From Candidatus Heimdallarchaeota archaeon (lineage in GTDB: Archaea; Asgardarchaeota; Heimdallarchaeia; Heimdallarchaeales; Heimdallarchaeaceae): a stretch of 64,000 nt of DNA. The stretch covers positions 10,996-74,995 of the forward strand of contig JAGXNV010000001.1 in NCBI GenBank assembly GCA_019894795.1, given 5' to 3'. Positions 1 to 9,041 of the stretch are shown one piece after another. The notes below the pieces were generated by a model. That model was not told where the DNA came from and did not search any database. It saw only the letters and a program-made list of their open reading frames with translations. How positions within the stretch are numbered: position 1 is the first letter of the stretch; every line of letters starts with the position of its first letter. A program made the position numbers and the translations under genes.

Positions 1-11
1 TCCATATCCCT

Positions 12-1811
12 TTGAATTATAAAGGAGGGGGGCCAGTGTCTATAAAGTCATCTCATGTATCTACGAGTCTTCCTTCCGCATTTAAAGAACAAAATTTAAT
101 GGTTGTAGGACAGACAGTTGAAGGAGATGAAATCGGAAAAGATATCACAATTAATGTTAAGGATCTACTTCTAAATCTAGAAATCTTTGGAATGATAGGT
201 AGAGGTAAAACACGCCTTGTCTCATCTCTCCTTAAACAGATATTAGATTATAATATTAGTACATTAGTCTTTGACATTAAAGGCGAATATAGTAGAGCAT
301 TTGTTGATGACCCACGAGTTGAAATTTACACTATAGGTAAGCCACGCCCCTTGTGTCTCAACATTTTTGAAACTCAAGATGAAGATGATGTTCATAATAC
401 TCTCCTAATTATTGAGGAAATGATGATGTCTTCAAACCAGGAATTCACTCCTGCGATGAAGAACTTATTTGAAACTGCTCTTTTCTTAACTCATCGCTCT
501 CCAAAGAGAAACTTACAAACATTTGTAGAAAACGTATTCAAAGCAGCTGAAGATATCCAATCTCGTTCTAATAATACTTACATTCAACAGACAATTGACG
601 CGGTATTAAATCGCTTAAATTTCATTTTTAACCCTATTAATTATGAAATACTTGGATCTATCAGAACTACTTTAGATTTATCCTTACTTGAAAATGGAAA
701 AAGCATCATTCTGGATTTGAGCCAATTTCAAAAAAGGGCAGCTAGACCGTCGGACATCTTCCTCATTTGTAATCTTATCCTTAAGAAACTGTATCGTTTT
801 GCCTCCTCTAAAGAGATGACAAATGAACTTAGATACGTTGTTATTTTGGAGGAAGCCATCAATATAATCCCCAATTTCTATCACTTGGAGAGTTCTGCTT
901 CTTTAATTACTTCAGAGAATAATTTCTTATTGGGTAGAAGCTTGGGTATCGGTCATATCACAATTTCTCAATTATGGTCGAGTGTTAGTAACATAGTTCA
1001 TGGTAATTCTGCTACTAAGATAATCTTTCGCTCTAGTGAAAAAGCCGATGTCATTGGTAGATCAATCAACTTAACAGAAGAAGATATTAATCAGGTTCAT
1101 CGGTTGCCTACTCAACATTGTTACATTTTCTTTGAAGGTTCAGAAATGCCTCTCAAAATTAGAACATTAGATCTTTTAAACGAACCTATGAGCTTTGCTG
1201 AGTATCATACAAGAATTATCAAACGATATGGAAGAAGTGTTTTTCCGTTACTTTACAACAATTTTATTGAGATGAGAACCTCACTTTATCAAAAATATAA
1301 TTTACCCTCTAGAACGAAAGTAAGCATTAGCAGGCAGAATAAAAATATGGACAGTGCTCAGTCTAACTTGGATAATTTTCCGTTACAAGCCAAGAGTGTA
1401 AGTTTAACACGCAGTAATATTGAAGAAACTGTGGATGAACGGGAGACAATTGACCTTGTAAACTCCGCACATTTTATACCCGAGAACCTATTGTGCGAAC
1501 AATTATGCCCTGAAAAAAACCAAGGCAGAGATTGTATCAAATACAATATAGGGGCTAAAATCATCAAAACAATTATCACAAAAAACAGCTCTCCAAAAGA
1601 ATTGGCGTTTTTATTAGATAATCCTCCCCAGTTAATGTCAATAGTAAAGGAGTATGCTGAAAAGAGAAATCTTGAATATGATTCTTTCTTAGCTTTTTGT
1701 ACTGTTAAAAGTTTGACAATAGATCTTGTTTCAGGTGGGATTTTAACCTTTCAAGAAGCATATGAGTTTCTCAAGAAATTTTCCCCTCAAACTCAAACCA
1801 CAATGGCATAA
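12..1811 (+). CDS. HerA/DUF87-like P-loop ATPase (FtsK-HerA superfamily), possibly 5'-truncated by the window edge
   Basis: Walker A is GMIGRGKTRL and the Walker B-like stretch is YVVILEEA. The overall layout matches DUF87/HerA ATPases. There is no in-frame stop between position 1 and the TTG at 12, so the gene may start upstream of the window. Confidence 0.5.
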   Translation: MNYKGGGPVSIKSSHVSTSLPSAFKEQNLMVVGQTVEGDEIGKDITINVKDLLLNLEIFGMIGRGKTRLVSSLLKQILDYNISTLVFDIKGEYSRAFVDDPRVEIYTIGKPRPLCLNIFETQDEDDVHNTLLIIEEMMMSSNQEFTPAMKNLFETALFLTHRSPKRNLQTFVENVFKAAEDIQSRSNNTYIQQTIDAVLNRLNFIFNPINYEILGSIRTTLDLSLLENGKSIILDLSQFQKRAARPSDIFLICNLILKKLYRFASSKEMTNELRYVVILEEAINIIPNFYHLESSASLITSENNFLLGRSLGIGHITISQLWSSVSNIVHGNSATKIIFRSSEKADVIGRSINLTEEDINQVHRLPTQHCYIFFEGSEMPLKIRTLDLLNEPMSFAEYHTRIIKRYGRSVFPLLYNNFIEMRTSLYQKYNLPSRTKVSISRQNKNMDSAQSNLDNFPLQAKSVSLTRSNIEETVDERETIDLVNSAHFIPENLLCEQLCPEKNQGRDCIKYNIGAKIIKTIITKNSSPKELAFLLDNPPQLMSIVKEYAEKRNLEYDSFLAFCTVKSLTIDLVSGGILTFQEAYEFLKKFSPQTQTTMA

Positions 1812-1931
1812 GTCATTTCTTCTAAACTCTCAATTAACAAAATTTAAAAGTAGCCAATTTTTGCTTGTATCAAGTTCTGATCACGTTGACTGTTGATTAG
1901 TTTGACAACAGAAGTGGTAGAGGATGATATT

Positions 1932-2573
1932 ATGGTAGATAAAGAACTTAATACCGCTATTGAAAAGATGAAAGAGCAATCACCATCTCGCAAATTCGTG
2001 GAATCTATAGATGTAGCTATAAATCTTAAAGATATTAATCTTCAAGATCCTTCTAAAAGATTTCAATTAGATGTACAGTTACCTCACCCATTACCTAAAG
2101 ATGTAAAGGTGTGCGTATTAGCTGAGGGTTCTCAACTTGTTGAGGCAGAATCAGCTGGTGTAGCGAGAGTGATTGATAAAGACGAATTAGAGAACATTAG
2201 TAGAGACCCAAAGTTAGCAAAGAAAATAGCCAAACAATATGATTTTTTCCTTGCAAGTGCTCCTTTAATGCCTCTAATAGGACGAAATCTAGGTAAGTTT
2301 CTCGGACCACGAGGAAAAATGCCTAAACCTGTTCCTCCAAACGCTCCTATTGGACCTCTGTTAAAAAATTACCAATCTACTATTCAAATTCGATTGCGCC
2401 AATCCCCCGTGATTCATGCAAGGATTGGAACAATTGATATGAGTGGTGATGCTATTGCTGAAAATGTTCTTTCAGTATTAAGAAACATAGAGAGCAAACT
2501 GGAAAAAGGCGAGAATAACATTAAGTCGATCTATATCAAGACTACAATGGGTCCTGCCATAAAAGTAAAGTAG
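1932..2573 (+). CDS. rpl1: 50S ribosomal protein uL1
   Basis: The sequence is typical of L1 (SIDVAINLKDINLQDPSKRF, GKFLGPRGKMP). I prefer the ATG at 1932, which follows GGTAGAGG, over the TTG at 1893. It is followed by P0 and P1 as in the archaeal L1 operon. Confidence 0.9.
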   Translation: MVDKELNTAIEKMKEQSPSRKFVESIDVAINLKDINLQDPSKRFQLDVQLPHPLPKDVKVCVLAEGSQLVEAESAGVARVIDKDELENISRDPKLAKKIAKQYDFFLASAPLMPLIGRNLGKFLGPRGKMPKPVPPNAPIGPLLKNYQSTIQIRLRQSPVIHARIGTIDMSGDAIAENVLSVLRNIESKLEKGENNIKSIYIKTTMGPAIKVK

Positions 2574-2581
2574 GTGACAAA

Positions 2582-3583
2582 ATGTCTACAGTAATTTCAG
2601 AAAGAAAAATAGAGATTGTCGAAAATCTCAAAAAACAATTGTTATCCTACCCTATTATAGGCTTAGTTAAAATTGATAATATTAACGCACGAGTTGTACA
2701 AAATATACGCAAAGATCTACGCAAAGAAGCTAAGATTGTCATGGCTAAGAACACTTTGATGAAACTAGCCATAGATGAAGTTAAAAAAGATATCAAAGGT
2801 ATCGAAAAACTATTAGAGTATATTGTTGGATCTTGTGCGTTCTTGTTAACAAATACCAATCCCTACAAACTAGCCTCTTACATGGATGATAATAAAGTTC
2901 CAGCACCTGCAAAAGCAGGACAAGTAGCTTCGAATGATGTTATTATTAGACCAATGAATACAGGAATTCCTCCCGGACCGGTTATATCTGAACTTCAATC
3001 TCTGGGTTTGAAAACCAGAATTGAAGGTGGCCAGATTAAAATTGCTGAAGAAGCTGTGGTTACCAAAGAAGGTGAGCGTGTTAATAGAACAGTTGCACTC
3101 CTTCTTAGGAGATTGAACATTGAGCCTTTTCAAACAGGATTGAGTTTTGTAGTAGCTTTTGAGAATGGAGATCTCATTGCTGGTAAAGATTTAATTATTG
3201 ATTATGCCACTTATGAGCAGAATCTTAAATGGGCTTACACTTCAGCATTAAATCTAGCTGTTAGTGCTGGCATTCTTACTAAGCAAAGCGTTGCACTGGT
3301 TATAGCTAAGGCTAATCAATACGCCCTTAACCTTTCAGTTAAAGCTGGTATAATTAACAGTAAATCTTTACCCTTTATTTTATCTCGGGCTGTTCAAGGA
3401 TCTTTATCTGTTGCATCAAAAGTAGCAGAAAGAGATTCTAGTGCAGTATCAGATAAGATACAGGCAAAATTACAATCTGTGCCAAGAGCTCAACCTGTTG
3501 AATCAGTTAAAACTGAATCAAAAGAGGAAGTAAAGGAAGAAGAACCTGAGGAAGACTTAGGGTTAGGATCACTATTTGGTTAG
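2582..3583 (+). CDS. rplP0: ribosomal stalk protein P0 (uL10)
   Basis: The protein has an L10 N-terminal domain and the acidic stalk tail EEPEEDLGLGSLFG. A TAGGTGA Shine-Dalgarno sequence precedes the ATG. Confidence 0.9.
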   Translation: MSTVISERKIEIVENLKKQLLSYPIIGLVKIDNINARVVQNIRKDLRKEAKIVMAKNTLMKLAIDEVKKDIKGIEKLLEYIVGSCAFLLTNTNPYKLASYMDDNKVPAPAKAGQVASNDVIIRPMNTGIPPGPVISELQSLGLKTRIEGGQIKIAEEAVVTKEGERVNRTVALLLRRLNIEPFQTGLSFVVAFENGDLIAGKDLIIDYATYEQNLKWAYTSALNLAVSAGILTKQSVALVIAKANQYALNLSVKAGIINSKSLPFILSRAVQGSLSVASKVAERDSSAVSDKIQAKLQSVPRAQPVESVKTESKEEVKEEEPEEDLGLGSLFG

Positions 3584-3592
3584 GTGAAAAAT

Positions 3593-3901
3593 ATGGAATA
3601 TGTATATGCCGCATTAGTACTACATGAACTAGGAGAAAAAATTACACAAGCAAAAGTAAAAGGAATTCTTGAAGCTGCTGGAGCAACAGCAGATGATTCT
3701 CGTATTAAAGCTTTAGTGGCTGCTTTGAAAGAAGTCGATATTGAAGAAGCATTGAAAACAGCTGTTATGTCTGCAGCCGCTGCACCCGCAGCAGCTACTG
3801 CAGGAGCAACAAAGGACGCAGCAGCCCCAGCAAAAGAAGAAGCAGCTGAAGAAGAACCTGAAGAAGATACCGACTTAGGCTTAAGTGCTCTATTCGGATA
3901 A
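3593..3901 (+). CDS. rpl12: ribosomal stalk protein P1 (archaeal L12)
   Basis: The N-terminus is MEYVYAALVLHE, followed by an Ala-rich hinge and the tail EEPEEDTDLGLSALFG. A TAGGTGA Shine-Dalgarno sequence sits upstream of the ATG at 3593. Confidence 0.9.
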   Translation: MEYVYAALVLHELGEKITQAKVKGILEAAGATADDSRIKALVAALKEVDIEEALKTAVMSAAAAPAAATAGATKDAAAPAKEEAAEEEPEEDTDLGLSALFG

Positions 3902-3974
3902 TTCTTTCTTTTCTTATTTTTTCAAAAATTTAAATTTTGTAATTTTTTAATTTTTTTATCATTATTTGTTTTAT
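3902..3974. terminator. T-rich/A-rich spacer between convergent operons, likely a bidirectional oligo-T terminator region
   Basis: Runs such as TTCTTTCTTTTCTTATTTTTTC and TTTTTTAATTTTTTT lie directly after the P1 stop. On the other strand they lie after the 105-aa ORF stop. Archaeal termination uses oligo-T tracts. Confidence 0.4.
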
Positions 3975-4292
3975 CTATGTCTTCTTTAGAAAATCATTGA
4001 AAGCTTCGACAATATCATTGTATTCTTCTAAAATTTCATAATTTCCTAAAGATTCACCATCTTTTTCTATTACCGTATTTGAACTAAGTGACGCAACCCT
4101 GGATCTTCTTATTTGTCCTCTTCCATCAATGGATACAATTAGTGTGTGATCTTCTGCATGCATCAGAACAAAGTTAAACAACTGACTATCTCTAAGTTCC
4201 TCAATTTGCTTCTTATCTATTCGGCATTCTAACATTCTACCGCACTTTTCACAATTAAATGCTTTAATAACAAATTGATTCTCCATTTTCAT
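3975..4292 (-). CDS. hypothetical small protein (CxxC plus HxxxH), last gene of the GTPase operon
   Basis: This is a 105-aa ORF starting 25 nt downstream of the GTPase stop, with a TAGTGAT Shine-Dalgarno-like element. It contains CEKCGRMLEC followed by LMHAEDH. I recognise no family. Confidence 0.45.
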   Translation of the reverse strand: MKMENQFVIKAFNCEKCGRMLECRIDKKQIEELRDSQLFNFVLMHAEDHTLIVSIDGRGQIRRSRVASLSSNTVIEKDGESLGNYEILEEYNDIVEAFNDFLKKT

Positions 4293-4317
4293 TTAATATC
4301 ACTAAATTTTTTAATTA

Positions 4318-4914
4318 TTAAATATTAGAATACTTTGAAAGTAATTCTTCAGCTAGATTATCCTCTTTGTTTACAATTTGATTGACCATATATTCAAATG
4401 GTTCTGATACATTAGCAGAGAAAAGACCACTTACGAGGAAATGTTTGCGTATATCATGTGTTTTCATAAAATCATGGATGTCTTCTACTGTAACTTCTAC
4501 ATTATCTAAATCTAGTTTGTTTCCAACTAGAATTTCAGGAATCTTAGGATAATAGTGGTTTTTGAGATAATTTCGAGTTAGTTCCACAAATTCGCTTAGA
4601 TCAAATAGTGTCTCTATATCTGTTACATCATAAACGTACATTACCCCTTTAACACCTCGTAGAAATACATCTATCATAAATCTAAATTGCTTTTGACCTG
4701 CAAAGTCCCATATTTGCAAGGTAATTGCTTTATCAAGTTGAGCTATTCTCTTTATCGTAATGTCTACTCCTTTTGTCATTGAAATTTCGTTAGGATCAAT
4801 CATTTCACCTGTATAACCTTTTGATATTGTTGTTTTACCAACAGACCCTAAACCTAGAACTGCTACTTTCAGTATGTTTCCTTGGTTGGTATTGTGCGGT
4901 TGTCTAGCTATCAT
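4318..4914 (-). CDS. Ras/Rab-superfamily small GTPase
   Basis: G1 is GLGSVGKT, G3 is WDFAGQKQF and G4 is GNKLD. The length is 198 aa. An AGGAG Shine-Dalgarno sequence lies upstream. Confidence 0.85.
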   Translation of the reverse strand: MIARQPHNTNQGNILKVAVLGLGSVGKTTISKGYTGEMIDPNEISMTKGVDITIKRIAQLDKAITLQIWDFAGQKQFRFMIDVFLRGVKGVMYVYDVTDIETLFDLSEFVELTRNYLKNHYYPKIPEILVGNKLDLDNVEVTVEDIHDFMKTHDIRKHFLVSGLFSANVSEPFEYMVNQIVNKEDNLAEELLSKYSNI

Positions 4915-4937
4915 TGATATATACTCCTAATAAATAT

Positions 4938-6284
4938 TTAAAACACCACATTTTTTATGGTGGTTACATTTTCTCCAGCTATCATTCCATGAACTGAAAC
5001 AGCTGAAAATACAGGTTTTTTATTTATGACCGAAAATTCTCCTCCAGAATACATGGTTATGAAAGGTACATCTTTTCCAATAGCTTCTCTTATTGCTTCA
5101 TTCTCTTTTTCAATTTTATCTCCTGCTATGAGCAAACGATTGCTACAGTTCACAAACATCCCAAAGCGAGGTTTTTCTATATTCTGAGAGGCTTTCATTG
5201 CACATTCAAACGCTGATTTTTGAATTCCTGTTCCTGATTGAGTAAAGAAATCTGCTTTGATCTTTTTATTCTTTAACAATCTTTCTGGCATAGTAGTCAC
5301 AATTCCTTTCAAAATTGATTGAAATATGGAAACATAGGGCACATGGCCTTCATTCTCTACATCTAGAGCTGATAAGTATAGCAATGAGGCATTGGCGTAT
5401 CTAGCAAATGATTCGTTATACAAATCCTCAGATATACCAATTAAATCAAGAAATGCTTTGCCAGCAGGTTCATTATTGATTTTTTGTATATAACCACTAG
5501 TAAGAAATTCTGAAACGTCAAAATCCTTCAATTTATGTGATTTATCAAAAGTCCAATCCATATCAAAATCTATCTTATCGGATGAGAAAAATGTTCCAAC
5601 CATAGCATCTTTTAGTACTTTAGTTCCCTCAAATTGAAAACTTGTTTTCATGTCTAAATCTATTGTTCCCCCTCCGATCATATTCTTGACATTTTTCTTT
5701 GAAAGAATAGCAAGTATTTCATCTGCATAGTTTGCAGTTCCAAATCCATTCTTACCCATGTTTTTGTTTATGAGTTTCCCAATGACATTGAACATTCCTT
5801 TAAATTTATGTGCGAAGTAGGTATCTAGAATTTTCATTTGCTCAAATGCATCTGGTTCAAAAAACGGACCTGCGGTAAGGAATAATCCCATTCTGTTCTT
5901 TTGATTGATTTTTTTATAACTGTCTAGAATTATCTTAGCTCCTTTTTTTGGATTTATTCTTATATTTGAATATGAGAATGGAGTGTGAAACTTAATATCA
6001 TCAGATTGTATTGCCATTACAGAACATCCTTGTGTTGTTGGATATCCGTTTGAGGTTGCAACTCCTGGAAATGTTCCTCCAACAATATTCTTTGTTCCAC
6101 TTTCTTCGCCTAGTTTAACAAGAGCCTCTTCATAATCTTGTCTGCTCCTATAATTTGGTGTAAATGCTACTAATAGAAAATCAGAATTTCCATTTATGTC
6201 ACCAATTACATCTTTTATTATGTGTTTAGTCACTTGTTGTATGGATCTGTGACTTGCCGTTCCTGTAGCTATCTTCATGTTCAT
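4938..6284 (-). CDS. FIST-domain-like sensory protein (tentative)
   Basis: This 448-aa protein has an N-terminal pattern FLLVAFTPNY...IVGGTFPGV and a C-terminal pattern FITMYSGGEFS...VHGMIAG. These resemble FIST_N and FIST_C. The assignment rests on pattern memory only. Confidence 0.45.
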   Translation of the reverse strand: MNMKIATGTASHRSIQQVTKHIIKDVIGDINGNSDFLLVAFTPNYRSRQDYEEALVKLGEESGTKNIVGGTFPGVATSNGYPTTQGCSVMAIQSDDIKFHTPFSYSNIRINPKKGAKIILDSYKKINQKNRMGLFLTAGPFFEPDAFEQMKILDTYFAHKFKGMFNVIGKLINKNMGKNGFGTANYADEILAILSKKNVKNMIGGGTIDLDMKTSFQFEGTKVLKDAMVGTFFSSDKIDFDMDWTFDKSHKLKDFDVSEFLTSGYIQKINNEPAGKAFLDLIGISEDLYNESFARYANASLLYLSALDVENEGHVPYVSIFQSILKGIVTTMPERLLKNKKIKADFFTQSGTGIQKSAFECAMKASQNIEKPRFGMFVNCSNRLLIAGDKIEKENEAIREAIGKDVPFITMYSGGEFSVINKKPVFSAVSVHGMIAGENVTTIKNVVF

Positions 6285-6287
6285 ACC

Positions 6288-6647
6288 TCACAAACTCGCC
6301 AAAATCAACATTGATTTTCTTTTAGCTTCAATCGATAATAGACTTAAATTTGCTGTTCCAATTGCTAAAGTTGTTAAAACCATTACTTTGTTCACCACAG
6401 AAAATAACACGCAAAAGTTGTTTAGCTCATATGTTACCTTGGCTAAATTGTTTGTTTTCATTTCAAGTGATACTTTCTCTACATTAGCTTTGCACCATTG
6501 AATTGTTCTGAGAACCTCATTGGAATGTTGTTCCTTAAATGCTGAACTAATGACGTTTCCATCAATTCGAAATAGTATTGCAGCTTCAACATCATCTAAA
6601 TGAATCAAATCAGATAACTCTGAAGAGATTCCAGCATTATTTTTCAT
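6288..6647 (-). CDS. Roadblock/LC7 (MglB-like) domain protein
   Basis: This 119-aa protein contains VEAAILFRIDGNVISSAF, typical of Roadblock/LC7. Its start overlaps the upstream KaiC-like stop as ATGA. Confidence 0.7.
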   Translation of the reverse strand: MKNNAGISSELSDLIHLDDVEAAILFRIDGNVISSAFKEQHSNEVLRTIQWCKANVEKVSLEMKTNNLAKVTYELNNFCVLFSVVNKVMVLTTLAIGTANLSLLSIEAKRKSMLILASL

Positions 6648-7570
6648 TTTTTGACCTCTTGTAGCATTTGAGGGTTAGTTAATGCGTCTACAAGTTCAAT
6701 TTTGTCTCCTTTTTCTTGTCTATCATTAAGCAGATTATTAGCTATCTGTGCAATAATTCTCTTTTTTGGATCTTTGTCCTTTGACATTTGTTTGACTTTC
6801 TTCATCAATTCATTGTACCTAGTATCATAAACTAATGGTTCATCTACCTCTGCTTGAATAGAACTTGTATCAATTGAAATACCAGAACCATGAGCAAATT
6901 GCATTGGAAAAATACCTTCATGATGTGCAGTTCTTCTTGACTTAACAATTTTACCTGTTCTGTTGTATTTGCCTCCTAATCCTAGATTCTGTATGTGTAC
7001 TACAGTATCTGACAGATAAATTGGGACTCTTGTTTCTACTGCTCCAATATCTGTTTGACCAAAAGCATTAGGTTCTTCAACAGTTTGTAAAACAGTACCT
7101 AAAGAGCTCAGATGCTGGTATATTTTTGTTAATACTTTTCTTTGTTCCTTTTCAGATGGAAATTCCCAGAGTATTGGCGTAAGTGGATCTAAAATGATTC
7201 TTGTGTGTCGAACATTTTTATGCTTCAATTTTTGAGCTAAAGCAGGTAGAATGTTTGTCATAAATTCAACAATTTTCTCGCTCTCAACAAGGTGTATGAG
7301 ATCTGTAAAATTCTGTGATACATCTCGAATTCTTATTCCAAGAGACTCAGCTTCTGCCATTAATTTAGAAGGTGTTTCTTCGAAAGATAAATACAAAGTA
7401 TGATCTCCTTCGAGGAGTCCTTGATAAATATAAGCTAGTGCAAAGGTTGTTTTTCCTGTACCGCTACTCCCTACAATGGAATTGATTGAATTCTTAATCA
7501 TCCCACCTTGTAATAGTACATCTAATCCTTCAATGCCTGAAGAAATTCTTTCAGTAATTGACATATTCAT
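6644..7570 (-). CDS. KaiC-like RecA-superfamily ATPase (single domain)
   Basis: The N-terminus reads ISSGIEGLDVLLQGGMIKNSINSIVGSSGTGKTTFALAYIYQG, followed by TLYLSFEETP. This is the typical KaiC/RadA-like N-terminal signature. Confidence 0.8.
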   Translation of the reverse strand: MNMSITERISSGIEGLDVLLQGGMIKNSINSIVGSSGTGKTTFALAYIYQGLLEGDHTLYLSFEETPSKLMAEAESLGIRIRDVSQNFTDLIHLVESEKIVEFMTNILPALAQKLKHKNVRHTRIILDPLTPILWEFPSEKEQRKVLTKIYQHLSSLGTVLQTVEEPNAFGQTDIGAVETRVPIYLSDTVVHIQNLGLGGKYNRTGKIVKSRRTAHHEGIFPMQFAHGSGISIDTSSIQAEVDEPLVYDTRYNELMKKVKQMSKDKDPKKRIIAQIANNLLNDRQEKGDKIELVDALTNPQMLQEVKK

Positions 7571-7696
7571 CTATATTTCTACATGAGCAAGCTAAATAAA
7601 CTCCACAATTAATTTAACTATAAGCACAACTCTTATGTTTAGTTTAACTGAATGAAGTGACGTTGAGAGCAAGATTTTATAAAGAAACAAAAAAAG

Positions 7697-8470
7697 ATGT
7701 TCTTGAATATCATGACTTCCCTCTTAGCTAAAATTAAGGCGTTTTTCATATCCAAAGAGAAAAAATATATTACTGCCCTTTTTGAAGAACTAGAAAACAA
7801 GAACTTTGTTAATTTAAAGAAAATTCCTTCTAAGTTATCTTTAAATCAACGTTACAAAGTAATTAGCAAACTTCAATCATCTAAAGAATTACATGGAGTT
7901 TTGTTGAGGGAAAGAATGTTGTTCCTTTCTATAGATGAGGATAGTCTAAATGAATTGAAAGATAGAATCAAAAACATTGGAACGATTAAATTAACAGAAT
8001 TAAAGGAACGTTGGAAACTTAAGGACAACATTTTGGACAGTCTTCTACAACAATTTGAAAAGGGTATGTTTGGTGAAAAAGCATATTATACCATGAAATA
8101 TCTTCAAAATTATTACTCAACCAATCTGACAAAAGGAGATGAGCACGATTTAATGATGATGAGTGCTAAGTTAGGCTTGGAAACTTCTGACACTATTACC
8201 TATATCCAAAATATGATTGATGAAAATACTATTTCTGGGGTCATAAAAAACCAACAATTCTTTATTGATGTTCAATCATTTGAAACTTCATTTTCAGAAT
8301 ATCTTGAGGAGATTAGTGATGATATATTGGAAAAGAAATTCAGTGAGATTTCTTTAGACTTAGGGGTATCAACCTCTGTCATTGAACAATACTTAGTGAA
8401 ATATGTTGAAAGAGCACCAGGACGTTTTGTAGTTTATCCGCTTGAAAAGAAGGTTAGAATAAAAAGATAA
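7697..8470 (+). CDS. hypothetical protein with repeated winged-helix-like segments
   Basis: This 257-aa ORF has an ATG start. It shows repeated helix-turn-wing-like patterns (IKLTELKERWKL..., SAKLGLETSDTITYIQNMIDENTISGVI, ISLDLGVSTSVIEQYLVKYV). I can make no family assignment. Confidence 0.4.
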   Translation: MFLNIMTSLLAKIKAFFISKEKKYITALFEELENKNFVNLKKIPSKLSLNQRYKVISKLQSSKELHGVLLRERMLFLSIDEDSLNELKDRIKNIGTIKLTELKERWKLKDNILDSLLQQFEKGMFGEKAYYTMKYLQNYYSTNLTKGDEHDLMMMSAKLGLETSDTITYIQNMIDENTISGVIKNQQFFIDVQSFETSFSEYLEEISDDILEKKFSEISLDLGVSTSVIEQYLVKYVERAPGRFVVYPLEKKVRIKR

Positions 8471-8595
8471 ATTATTAGTACAAAACATCTTCGAGCAAAC
8501 TAAATTAATTACAAGTGTTCTCCCTTCAAATATCATGAATTATTATCTGTCGAAATCTTTAAAATAGTGTGTTGTTTCACGGACGATAGATAAAA

Positions 8596-9021
8596 ATGGC
8601 AAAGAAGCTACCATGGATATTTCCTGGAATCAGAAGACCAAATTTTAGTTTACATCAAATCTCAATTCGAATTCCTACACGAATTCCTCGTAGTGTCCTT
8701 TATATCTTGATTTATGCTATAGTTTTCTATATTTTTGCTGGAGGAGCCTATGATATTGTAAACAGAGAGAATCTTATCAGTATAGGTTCAGATGGGAATT
8801 CACCGGTCTTTATTGCTACTAATCAGCATGCTCAATACCTAATAGAAGGCATAGTTGCAGGATTTGTTTTCTCGTTCGCTGCAGCAAGTTTGTACCTTTT
8901 TGAACATGCAACAAAATATGCTTTTGATGTTAATACTGCTCAAAAAGTTGAAATGATTGCCACTATACTAGTTGTTGTATGGTTTGTAGTGATACTTCTA
9001 TTATTCAATGCCAAGGGCTAG
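8596..9021 (+). CDS. OSTC/DC2-like (OST3/OST6 superfamily) three-TM membrane protein
   Basis: This 141-aa protein has three hydrophobic segments. FAGGAYDIV, SPVFIA and AQYLIEGIVAGFVFSF align with the recalled human OSTC segments ITGGIIYDVI, RPVAFLA and GQYIMEGLASSFLFTM. Confidence 0.55.
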   Translation: MAKKLPWIFPGIRRPNFSLHQISIRIPTRIPRSVLYILIYAIVFYIFAGGAYDIVNRENLISIGSDGNSPVFIATNQHAQYLIEGIVAGFVFSFAAASLYLFEHATKYAFDVNTAQKVEMIATILVVVWFVVILLLFNAKG

Positions 9022-9041
9022 TAGCACTTACTTGATTTTAA

